The position numbers were made by a program, and so were the translations under genes. Under the pieces are notes generated by a model. The model saw only the letters and a program-made list of their open reading frames with translations. It was not told where the DNA came from and ran no database searches. Shown here piece after piece: positions 27,470 through 38,100 of a stretch of 64,000 nucleotides of DNA (position 1 is its first letter; each line of letters starts with the position of its first letter). The stretch comes from an uncultured Ignavibacteriota bacterium (GTDB taxonomy: Bacteria; Bacteroidota; Ignavibacteria; UBA10030; UBA8401), in the NCBI GenBank assembly GCA_903861125.1, contig CAIOTF010000003.1, positions 13,274 through 77,273 of the forward strand, in the 5' to 3' direction.

Positions 27470-30244
27470 ATGGACAAAAAAATATTTCATGTGATTTCAA
27501 ATACGCACTGGGACCGCGAATGGCGTTTCCCTTTCCAGCGCAACCGGCAAATGCTTGTTGAAATGATCGACGAAGTAATCTCTATCTTGGAAAAGGATCC
27601 GACTTACCGGGCCTTCCATCTGGACAGCCAGTCCATTGTTGTCAGGGATTATCTGGAAGCAAAGCCTCACATGAAGGAACGCTTCAATAAACTTGTTAAG
27701 GAAGACAGGTTATTGATCGGACCGTGGTACATTCTGCCGGACGAATTCCTTGTCGGCGGAGAGAATCTCATCCGTAATCTTTTACTCGGACATAAAATAA
27801 GTGCAGCGCACGGCGGCGTTTCAAAAGTCGGGTACTCCCCGTTTTCATGGGGTCAGATATCCCAGTTGCCGCAAATCTATAAAGAGTTCGGTATCGATCT
27901 GATCATGTTCTACCGAGGTGTCAATTCGATAGACAGTCCCAAAGCGGAATTCCTGTGGGAAGGTGCAGACGGCACCCGGTCGGTAACATCACGCTTCTCC
28001 ACCATGCCCCGCTATAATTTTTATTTTTACATTTATCGTCCGGTCATTCACAACGAAGGATTCGCGGATGTGGAATACCCTTGGTCGCGCGGAGGCGTTC
28101 CTTTCCATTTCGCCGATGCTCAGCAGCATGACGAGGACTTTTTCATCATTCAGCCGCTGGATCTCTATCATCCCGAGTTGATCGAACCGCAGGTGAATGC
28201 AATCATCAAAGACCAGGCGGGTGATTTTACAACGAAACACGTCATCTGGATGGAAGGACACGATTCGAGCGGACCGAATCATAAAACGGCGCGCATTCTG
28301 CAGGACATAAAAAAGAAGATGCCTCACATCGATGTCGTTCACAGCACATTACGTGAATACGCAAAGGGATTGATAGAGAGTGTCGATACACACAAATTAA
28401 AGATCGTTACCGGAGAGCGCCGGAGCGCGCAGTTCGACCGGCGCAGCGGAAACTTATACGGATACACGACATCGGCGCGGATGTTCCTGAAACAAAAAAA
28501 CTTCGATGCCGAACGCTGGCTGCAGTTCTACGCCGAACCGTTCACGATATTTTCCGGAATGCTCGGCAGAGACATCAATGATTCCTATATCGATATTGCG
28601 TGGGAATTGCTCCTGCAGAATTCCGCCCATGATTCCATCGGCGGCTGCAGTCTCGATGAGATTCACGATGATATGATGCATCGCTATAAACAATCTGTCG
28701 AAATATCAAAAGGGGTCTTTGAGCGGTCTGTCAAACATATTGTCAAACATATTGATATGTCCGGTTTCAATAAGGATAATACTGAGTTATTCCTCGTTGC
28801 GTTCAATCCGAACAATTATCAGCGCAGCGAGATCGTCGAGTCGGTCATTGATATTCCGAAAGAATTCGACAAGGGAGATTTTGATCTCGTTGATGAAAAA
28901 GGAAATCTCGTTGAAATTCAGCACACCGGTAATTTCGATTTCCAACCGGTGCTGGAACAGATGATCGACCGTCCTATGTATTTCAATATGAGACGGTATA
29001 AATCTCTCCTTCATCTGAAAGACATTCCTCCCTTTGGTTACTCAACCGTTAAGATCATTCCCTCCGGAACATCATCGAAAAAGAATATCTCCGCCATCGC
29101 TGCGCTCAGAAATAAACTGCCAATTCTGGAGAATGGATCTATTTCAGTAAAGATACATTCAAACGGAACATTCACCGTGCAGGATAAGATCAACAAATCT
29201 GCATTCAAAGAGATCGGATATTTCTTCGATGAAGGAGAAGCGGGACATGCCTGGGTGCACGAATCAGTGAAGCCGTGCGTAGATACACTGAAATCTAAAC
29301 CGAAAATCACGATCGTTGATAACGGACCGCTCAGCGCAACATGCAGAATCCTTCACAAACTGAAACTACCGGTCGATCTTAAAGCCCGAAGCTCAAAGCC
29401 AAAGCAATTTAGCATTGTGGAGATTGAACTGTACGTAACGCTGACAAAGAGTTCGCAGCGGGTCGATCTTAAAGTGAACGTCAATAATACGGCGGAGAGT
29501 CATCGTCTGCGCATGATGTTCCCCACTTCGCTGAATGCACAATTTTCCTACGGCGAAGGACAATTTGATGTAGTGAAGCGTACACTGGAACGGCCGAATA
29601 CGAAAGAGTGGATCGAACAACCGATGTACGACTTTCCGATGCATCACTTTGTGGATATTACTGATGGAACACGCGGCGCAGCTGTATTGGTGAACGGATT
29701 GAAGGAATACGAAGTGCTGAATGATAAAAAGAAGACGTTGGCCATCACGCTGCTCCGAGGGTTTGAATTCATCATCGCCCCGAGTTCCCGCCAGGATTAC
29801 ACATATCAAAAAGGTTCGCAATGCCTTGGCAAACAGACATTTGACCTCTCATTCTTCCCGCATCAACATGATTGGGATAAAGGGAATGTCTATAAAGAAG
29901 CATTGAATTTCAACAATGCGCTCCGTCTGGTCCAGACCGGACGAACTTCCGGAACGGTTCCTTCTTCAACATCATTCATTCAAATAGAACCGGAACAATT
30001 GATCTTCAGCGCAATAAAAAACAACGCTGCCAATGAAAAGAATGTGTATGTGCTGCGGATCTACAATCCAACCGAAAACAGATTGTCGGGCTGCATTCGA
30101 ACATTATTCGCCATGGACAAAGCTTCGTTATTGACTCTGGAAGAGAAGTTCATTTCATCCATCGACGTGCGCGCTCATCACACATTTGATATTACCGTAG
30201 AATCAAAAAAAATACAAACTATACAAATTCAATTTCATTCATAA
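27470..30244 (+). CDS. GH38 alpha-mannosidase
   Basis: The in-frame ATG at 27470 gives 'MDKKIFHVISNTHWDREWRFPFQ', the classic GH38 N-terminal motif. The track start at 27389 would overlap the preceding gene. Confidence 0.8.
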   Translation: MDKKIFHVISNTHWDREWRFPFQRNRQMLVEMIDEVISILEKDPTYRAFHLDSQSIVVRDYLEAKPHMKERFNKLVKEDRLLIGPWYILPDEFLVGGENLIRNLLLGHKISAAHGGVSKVGYSPFSWGQISQLPQIYKEFGIDLIMFYRGVNSIDSPKAEFLWEGADGTRSVTSRFSTMPRYNFYFYIYRPVIHNEGFADVEYPWSRGGVPFHFADAQQHDEDFFIIQPLDLYHPELIEPQVNAIIKDQAGDFTTKHVIWMEGHDSSGPNHKTARILQDIKKKMPHIDVVHSTLREYAKGLIESVDTHKLKIVTGERRSAQFDRRSGNLYGYTTSARMFLKQKNFDAERWLQFYAEPFTIFSGMLGRDINDSYIDIAWELLLQNSAHDSIGGCSLDEIHDDMMHRYKQSVEISKGVFERSVKHIVKHIDMSGFNKDNTELFLVAFNPNNYQRSEIVESVIDIPKEFDKGDFDLVDEKGNLVEIQHTGNFDFQPVLEQMIDRPMYFNMRRYKSLLHLKDIPPFGYSTVKIIPSGTSSKKNISAIAALRNKLPILENGSISVKIHSNGTFTVQDKINKSAFKEIGYFFDEGEAGHAWVHESVKPCVDTLKSKPKITIVDNGPLSATCRILHKLKLPVDLKARSSKPKQFSIVEIELYVTLTKSSQRVDLKVNVNNTAESHRLRMMFPTSLNAQFSYGEGQFDVVKRTLERPNTKEWIEQPMYDFPMHHFVDITDGTRGAAVLVNGLKEYEVLNDKKKTLAITLLRGFEFIIAPSSRQDYTYQKGSQCLGKQTFDLSFFPHQHDWDKGNVYKEALNFNNALRLVQTGRTSGTVPSSTSFIQIEPEQLIFSAIKNNAANEKNVYVLRIYNPTENRLSGCIRTLFAMDKASLLTLEEKFISSIDVRAHHTFDITVESKKIQTIQIQFHS

Positions 30245-30259
30245 TTTTCAGACTGTCCA

Positions 30260-32671
30260 ATGATCAATAATAAATACGGTCACCTGACCGAAAACAACAG
30301 AGAATATGTCATCACCGATCCCCGCACTCCCCGTCCATGGTTCAATTATATGTGGAATGAACATTACGGCGGATTGATCTCGCATACCGGCGGCGGATTC
30401 AGCTTTCTTGACTGCCCGCGCGATAACCGCATTACGCGCATGCGTTATAATTGTCTGCCGTGGGATCGTCCGGGCCGCTACGTTATGGTGAAAGATACCG
30501 TGTCGGGAAAATATTGGTCATTAAGCTGGGCGCCGACGATCGATCTTAAATATGACAAGTACGAATGCCGGCACGGTCAGGGATACACAAAGATCACCAC
30601 CGAGATCAACGGAATCCGCGGCGAGATCACATATTTTGTCCCGACAGATGTGAACGCGGAAATATGGAGCGTGCGTCTGACAGATCTTACCGGCGCTCAA
30701 CGATTATTAGAGGTCTATTCGTTTACCGAATTGATGATGGGGAATGCATTGAACGACATCATCAATCAGCCGAACGACAAGCACTTCACCGATATCCATT
30801 TTGATAAAGAACATGAGACACTGGTCTCAACACGCCGGTATTGGGTGCTGAATAAAAAAGTTTCTGTTGTACAACCGAACATCGATTGGAAATATAAACT
30901 CTATTTCACCAGTACGTTGCCTGTTACAGGATTTGACGGCAGTCTGGATACATTCATCGGCCGGTGGAGGTCTGAATCAAATCCTATTGCCATTGAGACT
31001 GGTACAATGGGCAACACCGAGATCACGGCCGGCGATCCTGTTGCCGCCCTTCAGTCGAAGATCGAATTGAAAGCAAATGCATCCGTTGACTTTGCCACCA
31101 TTTTGGCGATCGTCCCAAAAAGTGAAGAAAAGCCATTCGAGTCCGTGAAATGGAATGAACTGAAAAAGATCGATACGATCCATCATAAATTACAGCAGGT
31201 GAAACAAAAGTGGGATACATATCTTGGACATGTTACTGTGGAAACTCCGGATGAAAAAATGAATGCAATGATGAACGTCTGGAATCAGTACCAATGCGCT
31301 GTCACTTTCGATATGGCGCGGAATTCCGGCTATTATCACGGCGGACTGTTATTCGGCACAGGAATGCGCGATCAGTTCCAGGATATTCTCGGAATGGTGA
31401 TTGCAAATCCCGAACGTGTACGGGCACGGTTGCTGAACGCATTGCGGTTTCAATTCAAGAACGGTTCAACACTGCACAATTTCTTTAAGATGACCGACAG
31501 CGGAGAAAAAACCAACCACTCCGATACGCCGTTGTGGATCCCGTTTGGCCTGATAGAATATCTCAACGAAACTGCCGATTTTTCCATCCTGGACGAAATC
31601 GTCACATTTTACGACGAGGGTTCGGGCACGGTGTACGAACATCTGGTGAAAGCATTGGACTTTGCAATCTCGGCAACAACTGAACGCGGACTTCCAAAGA
31701 TCATGAACGGCGATTGGAACGACACGCTGGATCATATCGGTCCACTTGGAAAAGGGGAAACGGTCTGGGGAGGCTTTTTCCTCGGCTACATGCTGAAAAA
31801 ATCATTCGAATTGCTCGATCTTCGCAAAGATACCGCAACCCGTCAGCGGTGGGAACAGTTCTATACTAAACTTGAAAAAGTGATCAACGATGTCTGCTGG
31901 GACGGTGAATGGTATTTGCGCGCGTTCCGCGACAATGGTGAATCGGTTGGTTCCCATAAATACAAACAGGGAAAGATCTTCATCAACGCGCAAACATGGT
32001 CTGTCATTTCCGGTCTTGCACCGAAGGAACGGGCCGACAAAGCGCTCGCATCAACCAAAAAGCACCTCGGCACTCCGTACGGTATTCAGATTGTTTGGCC
32101 TTCATACACCGAAGTCGAGGATACAATCGGATTGATCAGCCGATGCGTTCCCGGGAAAAAAGAGAACGGCGCGGTCTTCAATCATGCCTCCTCCTGGTTT
32201 ATCCTCGCATCAATCATCAACGGCGATGTCGAATCCGCTTTTGATATTTATTCGAAAATGCTTCCGTTCAATTCGTCCGCAAATATCGACCGCTATGAAA
32301 CAGAACCGTACGTCTTTGCGGAATATCTTACCAGTCCGGACCATGAAACAGAGAATCAGGCAAGTCACTCATGGCTGACCGGAACAGCAGTTTGGATGTA
32401 CCGCATTGCATTGGATTATATTATTGGCTTCAGAACCAGTCTGCGCGGAATCACCTTCGCGCCGAATATTCCGTCGCATTGGAAATCCTTCAAAGCCGAG
32501 CGCTCATTCAGAGGCAAACGTATATTGCTGACTGTTACAAATCCCGACGGCGTAAATTCCACGATCATATCTATTAACGTAAATGGAAAAGAAGTTCAAT
32601 CAGCGTTTATTGATGTCTCGTTGGTGAAAGAGGCAACTATTACTGTTGAAATAATTCTCGGTCATAAATAA
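30260..32671 (+). CDS. GH94 glycoside phosphorylase (cellobiose/chitobiose phosphorylase family; substrate undetermined)
   Basis: Collinear with cellobiose phosphorylases: 'REYVITDPRTPRPWFNYM', 'NVWNQYQCAVTFDMAR', catalytic-Asp motif 'GDWNDTLD', 'WDGEWYLRAF', 'FNHASSW', 'SWLTGTAVW'. Confidence 0.85.
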   Translation: MINNKYGHLTENNREYVITDPRTPRPWFNYMWNEHYGGLISHTGGGFSFLDCPRDNRITRMRYNCLPWDRPGRYVMVKDTVSGKYWSLSWAPTIDLKYDKYECRHGQGYTKITTEINGIRGEITYFVPTDVNAEIWSVRLTDLTGAQRLLEVYSFTELMMGNALNDIINQPNDKHFTDIHFDKEHETLVSTRRYWVLNKKVSVVQPNIDWKYKLYFTSTLPVTGFDGSLDTFIGRWRSESNPIAIETGTMGNTEITAGDPVAALQSKIELKANASVDFATILAIVPKSEEKPFESVKWNELKKIDTIHHKLQQVKQKWDTYLGHVTVETPDEKMNAMMNVWNQYQCAVTFDMARNSGYYHGGLLFGTGMRDQFQDILGMVIANPERVRARLLNALRFQFKNGSTLHNFFKMTDSGEKTNHSDTPLWIPFGLIEYLNETADFSILDEIVTFYDEGSGTVYEHLVKALDFAISATTERGLPKIMNGDWNDTLDHIGPLGKGETVWGGFFLGYMLKKSFELLDLRKDTATRQRWEQFYTKLEKVINDVCWDGEWYLRAFRDNGESVGSHKYKQGKIFINAQTWSVISGLAPKERADKALASTKKHLGTPYGIQIVWPSYTEVEDTIGLISRCVPGKKENGAVFNHASSWFILASIINGDVESAFDIYSKMLPFNSSANIDRYETEPYVFAEYLTSPDHETENQASHSWLTGTAVWMYRIALDYIIGFRTSLRGITFAPNIPSHWKSFKAERSFRGKRILLTVTNPDGVNSTIISINVNGKEVQSAFIDVSLVKEATITVEIILGHK

Positions 32672-32679
32672 AAATCCTT

Positions 32680-34329
32680 ATGAAAAAATTTCTCGTGCTC
32701 CTTTTTTTGTCTTCTCAATTCGTATTTCCGCAAACGATCACCTGGCAGGATGTTACGGCGAACTACATACTCCCGCAAGGAATAAAAGTGTTCCACGGCA
32801 GTAGAACATCCCCAATTCTCAGCATTTGGTATCTTGATGCCGATCTCAATAATTCCAAACTGGCGGTACGGCCGTATGTTTCCGGCACAAGCATGACACT
32901 TCCTTCGTTCACCGCAACAGTTGGTGCGTATGCAGCCGTCAACGGCGGATACTTCGGCGGCGGCGTGCCGTATTCGGCGGTGATCTATCCGAACGAAGTG
33001 AAAGCCTCAAACGTACAATCTGTAACGAGAAACTCCTTATCCTACCCGGTCATCCGCAGTTTCTTCGGGATGAAAAAGGACAGATCACTGAACGTCGACT
33101 GGATCTATCAGTTCGGCAATGCGATGACCGATATCTATACGTTTCCTCAGCCGCTTCCATATGTCAGCAACGATCCTACACCAAGATCGGTACCGCTCAA
33201 AAGTGCTGGAACAGTCTATTCCGATCTGCTCGTCGGAATCGGCGGCGGTCCGATGCTGATTAAGGATAATACCATTAACGTCACATACAATCAGGAACTG
33301 ATGTGGGGCTCAGGCGTCGGCGAGACGAACGGCGACCCAAGAACTGCGGTTGGTTTTACGGTGGACAAACATGTGATCATAATGACTGCTGACGGAAGAC
33401 AGACAGGAAGTGCCGGAGTCGGATTAACGGAACTTGCCGAGATCATGAAAGGATTGGGTTGTGTCGGCGCAATCAACTTGGACGGCGGCGGATCAACACA
33501 GATGGCGGTACAAAATCAGTATATCAATTCCCCTTCCGAACAACGGGCGGTGCCGTCGATCTTTGCGATCGTCAGCACCGATTCGCTGAACCTCCCCAAA
33601 GATCCGCTATTTCAAAAGATCATTGATACCGGTGATACGAGCGCCACAGCAATCGGCGGTGGCTGGTTCGAAAGCGCCAATCCCGGATACTGGGGAACAA
33701 CAAAATCGATGCTGCACGGCATCGGTACCGGAAGCACGTCATTTGAATTCAGGCCGCATCTTCCTGCCAAAGCTGTTTATGATCTGTACGGCTGGTGGGT
33801 TTCCAGTTCAAACAGAAGCACTGATACCCCCTTCATCATTACCCGAAATGGTGGAACCGACACCGTTCGCGTTGACCAGACAGCAAACGGGTCATCGTGG
33901 AAACGGATCGGTACGTATGAGTTCAGCGGAACATCGGCGGATAGAGTAACGGTCTCCGATGCGGCAAAAACAAATTCATATGTTGTTGCCGATGCGATCA
34001 AGTTTGAATCATTCGATCCGAATGTGGTGACATCAGTAAACCGCCGTGCATCAGGAACATCAGATCTCTCGTTTGAATTGTTTCAGAATTTCCCCAACCC
34101 GTTCAATCCTTCAACGATCATACGTTATTCGCTGTCGAAAGAATCGAACGTGTCCGTAACGATCTTTAATGCCCTGGGATCCGAAATAAAGCATCTGCTG
34201 AATGAACGCCAGACTCCGGGAGAGTATCATATCCGTTTCGATGCGTCGGGTCTTTCTGCCGGGGTGTATTTCTACCGGATACAAACTTCAGAGCAGAGCA
34301 GAACAAAAAGTATGCTCTTCCTTAAATAA
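32680..34329 (+). CDS. phosphodiester glycosidase (NAGPA-like) + CBD-like module + T9SS C-terminal domain
   Basis: Signal peptide. 'AAVNGGYFGG', 'DPRTAVGFT', 'TADGRQ..GVGLTELAEIMKGLGCVGAINLDGGGSTQM' are NAGPA-domain hallmarks. Then the 'VDQTANGSSWKRIGTYEF...YVVADAIKF' module and the 'QNFPNPFNPSTIIRYSL' tail. Confidence 0.75.
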   Translation: MKKFLVLLFLSSQFVFPQTITWQDVTANYILPQGIKVFHGSRTSPILSIWYLDADLNNSKLAVRPYVSGTSMTLPSFTATVGAYAAVNGGYFGGGVPYSAVIYPNEVKASNVQSVTRNSLSYPVIRSFFGMKKDRSLNVDWIYQFGNAMTDIYTFPQPLPYVSNDPTPRSVPLKSAGTVYSDLLVGIGGGPMLIKDNTINVTYNQELMWGSGVGETNGDPRTAVGFTVDKHVIIMTADGRQTGSAGVGLTELAEIMKGLGCVGAINLDGGGSTQMAVQNQYINSPSEQRAVPSIFAIVSTDSLNLPKDPLFQKIIDTGDTSATAIGGGWFESANPGYWGTTKSMLHGIGTGSTSFEFRPHLPAKAVYDLYGWWVSSSNRSTDTPFIITRNGGTDTVRVDQTANGSSWKRIGTYEFSGTSADRVTVSDAAKTNSYVVADAIKFESFDPNVVTSVNRRASGTSDLSFELFQNFPNPFNPSTIIRYSLSKESNVSVTIFNALGSEIKHLLNERQTPGEYHIRFDASGLSAGVYFYRIQTSEQSRTKSMLFLK

Positions 34330-34367
34330 TGTATCGTGGTCTTTGCGGGACGATGGACGAGGTATTT

Positions 34368-34886
34368 TTACATCAATTTCGAAAGAACATTGCTCCACTG
34401 CGTATAACCTTCGTCAGTAAGGTGCAGTCCATCGTCAGTGAATTCATTTCTTAACATTCCCAGAGCATCGGTAAAATGTTCATGCAGATCGAAGAAGGTG
34501 CAGCCAAGTTCAACCGACTGTTGCTCAATTTTATTGTTCAATTCATTGATGCGTTCGTTGGGCCTCGGTTCATTTTTTCTTGTCGGGAAGATTGAAGTAA
34601 GATAGATCGTTGATCCTTTCGCAAAGAGGCGGATCGCTCCGACAATATTCTGAATGTTCACCAGAATGAATTCGTCCGTTCGCTCTCTTGCCAGATCATT
34701 CGTTCCGATACACAAAAATATAACATCCGGCTGAGTGTGGAACCATTCTTTCTTGATTCGTTCAAGACACTCAACAGTGCTGTCTCCGGAAACACCGTAA
34801 TTAATGATCGTATCCTCCGGAAAATATCGCTTCGTATCAAAACCGGCAGTGATCGAATCCCCGATCATCACAACTGATTTTTTCAT
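34368..34886 (-). CDS. SGNH/GDSL hydrolase (cytoplasmic esterase)
   Basis: ATG at 34886 with GGAG 8 nt upstream. All four SGNH blocks are present: 'IGDSITAG', 'YGVSGDS', 'IGTNDL', 'DDGLHLT'. No signal peptide. Confidence 0.75.
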   Translation of the reverse strand: MKKSVVMIGDSITAGFDTKRYFPEDTIINYGVSGDSTVECLERIKKEWFHTQPDVIFLCIGTNDLARERTDEFILVNIQNIVGAIRLFAKGSTIYLTSIFPTRKNEPRPNERINELNNKIEQQSVELGCTFFDLHEHFTDALGMLRNEFTDDGLHLTDEGYTQWSNVLSKLM

Positions 34887-35121
34887 CAATAATCTCCTTC
34901 CCACCGGATATGTGCATTTGACCTAACAATATTCATATAATTTTTCTTTACCATTCTGCAATAAAAGACTAACTTTCATCGCTATTCTATTAAAATATAC
35001 ATTGGTGTTGCGGCTCGCTGTGAATAAACCCCGATTGGGGAATGACCGCTAACGTCTGAAATCTCTAGGATGTGTTGTTTGTTTTATACAATTACACTGT
35101 GCTGCTTTGACTATAGAAAGT

Positions 35122-38100
35122 ATGAAAATATTGCCAAATCTCTGCAGAAAAATATCCGCCGGAATGCTGATCCTTGTGGTCATTTCGCTAACGTTTGGTC
35201 AGACAAAAAAAGTAAAATTTGACCGCATCTCCATTGAACAAGGACTTTCCCAGAGTTCTGTGTTCTCCATGATGCAGGATAGCAAAGGATTCCTCTGGTT
35301 CGGCACGCTGGATGGGCTGAATAAGTATGACGGATATACGTTCACTGTCTATAAATCCGATCCGCGAAATCCAAACACGCTCAGCAATAATACCATCGTC
35401 AGAATCTTTGAAGACAAACAGGGATTTTTGTGGATCGGCACGCTCGGCGGCGGATTGAATAAATTTGATGAAAGCACGGAACGCTTCACACGGTACCGCT
35501 ACGATCCGAAGGATGAAAAAAGCATCAGCAACGACAATGTCCGCTCGATATTTCAGGATGCAGCCGGTCAGCTCTGGATCGGCACAAATAATGGACTTAA
35601 CAGATATGATTTCCGTAACGACAGTTTCATACGATATACTCACTCGGATTCATCCTCGAACAGCATAAGCAATAACGTTATTTGGTCGATCTTTGAATCA
35701 ACGTATGAACCGGGAATTCTCTGGATCGGAACATACAATGGATTGAACCGGTTTGAGACAGGAAAGGGATATTTTTCCGTCTATAGGAATGATCCAATGA
35801 ATAAAAAAAGTCTCAGCAATAATTATATCTGGTCGATTATTGATCACGATAGCGGCAGTCTATGGATCGGCACCAATAACGGATTGAATCTCTTCGATAA
35901 GAAAAAGCATACGTCGGTAAGTTTTCTTCATGATCCGCAGAACAGACAAAGCATCAGCGGAAATAATGTGTGGACTCTTCTGAAAGATCATCATGGAACC
36001 GTTTATGCCGGTACGCTCGACGGCGGTTTGAATAAAATTGTGCAGCTAAACAACGGAACGGACTATTCATTCATCAATTACGTTCACGATGCCGCGGACC
36101 CGTACAGTATAAGCCACAATTTCGTCTGGTCCATTTATGAAGATCGTACCGGCATCATCTGGCTCGGAACGGATGTAGGATTGAACAAACTGGATCCGAA
36201 TGCTGCTAAATTTTTGCACTATAAAAGCGAACCGCACGATCCGTTCAGCCTCAGTAACAATGAGATCACGGCAATATACCGCGACCACAGCGGAGTGTTG
36301 TGGATCGGAACACGCGCCGGCTTGAACAGATTCGACGAAAAGAATGAACGGTTCATTCATTATAAGCACGATCCCCGGAATCTTTTCAGCATCAGTAATA
36401 ATTATATCCGTTCGATCAATGAAGACCGGCAGGGAACATTATGGATCGGAACGAACGGCGGCGGCTTGAACAAATATATCCGGTCGAAAAATATTTTCCA
36501 CAATATGCGGAACGGCAACATCACCACCGGGATCAGCAGCAATGACATCATTCACATCCAAGAGGATGATGACGGCACTCTATGGCTTGCAACGCTTGCC
36601 GGATTGAACAAATTTGATCCTGCCACAGAAAAAGTAAAATTCTATGTGAAGGAACAAAACAATCCTAAAAGCCTGAGTCACGATTATGTCTATACAACGT
36701 ATGAGACTAAGGACAAAACGCTGTGGATCGGAACCCTTGGCGGTGGTCTTAATAAGTTCGACCGGGAGAGCGGAACATTTACACATTTTCTTGAAGATCC
36801 CGCCGATACAACAAGTCTCAGCAATAATAACGTCTGGTGCATTCACGAAGACAGAAACGGAACCATGTGGATCGGCACGAACAACGGATTGAATAAATTC
36901 GACAGAACGAAAAACAGTTTCACGCATTACGATGAGAACAGCGGGCTGGTGAACAATGTCATCTATGGTATTCTTGAGGATGATAAAGGGAATCTCTGGT
37001 TGAGTTCGAATAAAGGACTTTCCTGCTTCCATCCGGGAACCGGAAAGATCAGAAATTATTCAGCCGGCGACGGGTTGCAGAGCAATCAGTTCGGCGGAAA
37101 TGATCATTTCAAAGATTCCCGTGGATATATGTATTTCGGCGGCATTAATGGTTTCAATATGTTCTATCCGGACAGCATCAGGGATAATCCCCATATTCCT
37201 CCGATCGTGCTCACGGATTTTCAGATTTTCAATCAATCCGTCAGCGTTGGAGAGAATTCTCCGCTTTCACACTCCATCAACGCAACACGCTCCATTACAC
37301 TGGCGCACAGTCAGAATGTATTTTCCATCGAGTTCGCAGCCTTGCATTTTTCTTCGCCACAATCGAACACGTATGCATATAAAATGGAAGGATTCGATAA
37401 AAATTGGATCTCTTCGGGAACACGCCGTTTTGTCACCTACACCAATCTCGATCCGGGAAGATATGTTTTTAAGGTCATCGGGTCGAACAATGATGGTATT
37501 TGGAACAGAAACGGCGCAACAATCGACATCATTATCTCCCCTCCCTTTTGGCGAACATGGTGGTTCATCTCCTTGCTGGTGATCGTTATCCTCTCCGCTA
37601 TCGTTTCGATCGTTTATGTTCAGATCCGGCATCTGCTGGCAATTGAACGGCTCCGTTTGAAGATCGCATCCGATCTTCACGATGATATCGGTACGCGCCT
37701 TACCGAAATTTCCCTTCTGAGCGACATGGTCTATCACGGTGAAACAGATGATCCCATAATTTTTAAAGATTCTGTCAGGAACATCGGCGGCATTGCGCGC
37801 GCGCTCATCGAGAATATGAGCGATATTGTTTGGCTGATCAACCCAAAGCGGGATTCGCTGTATGAATTGTTCTTGAAACTGAAGGATGGATACGAAGAGA
37901 TCCTCTCCTATAAAAAGATCCTTCTGCATATCAACAATCTCAACTTCTTGGAAACATTCTTTTTACCGATGGAATACCGTAAGAATGTGTATCTTATATT
38001 TAAAGAAGCGATCAACAATTCGATCAAACACAGCGGTTGTTCGGAGATTTCGATCAACACCGAGATCGACGGCAAATACCTTACCATTACGATGTACGAC

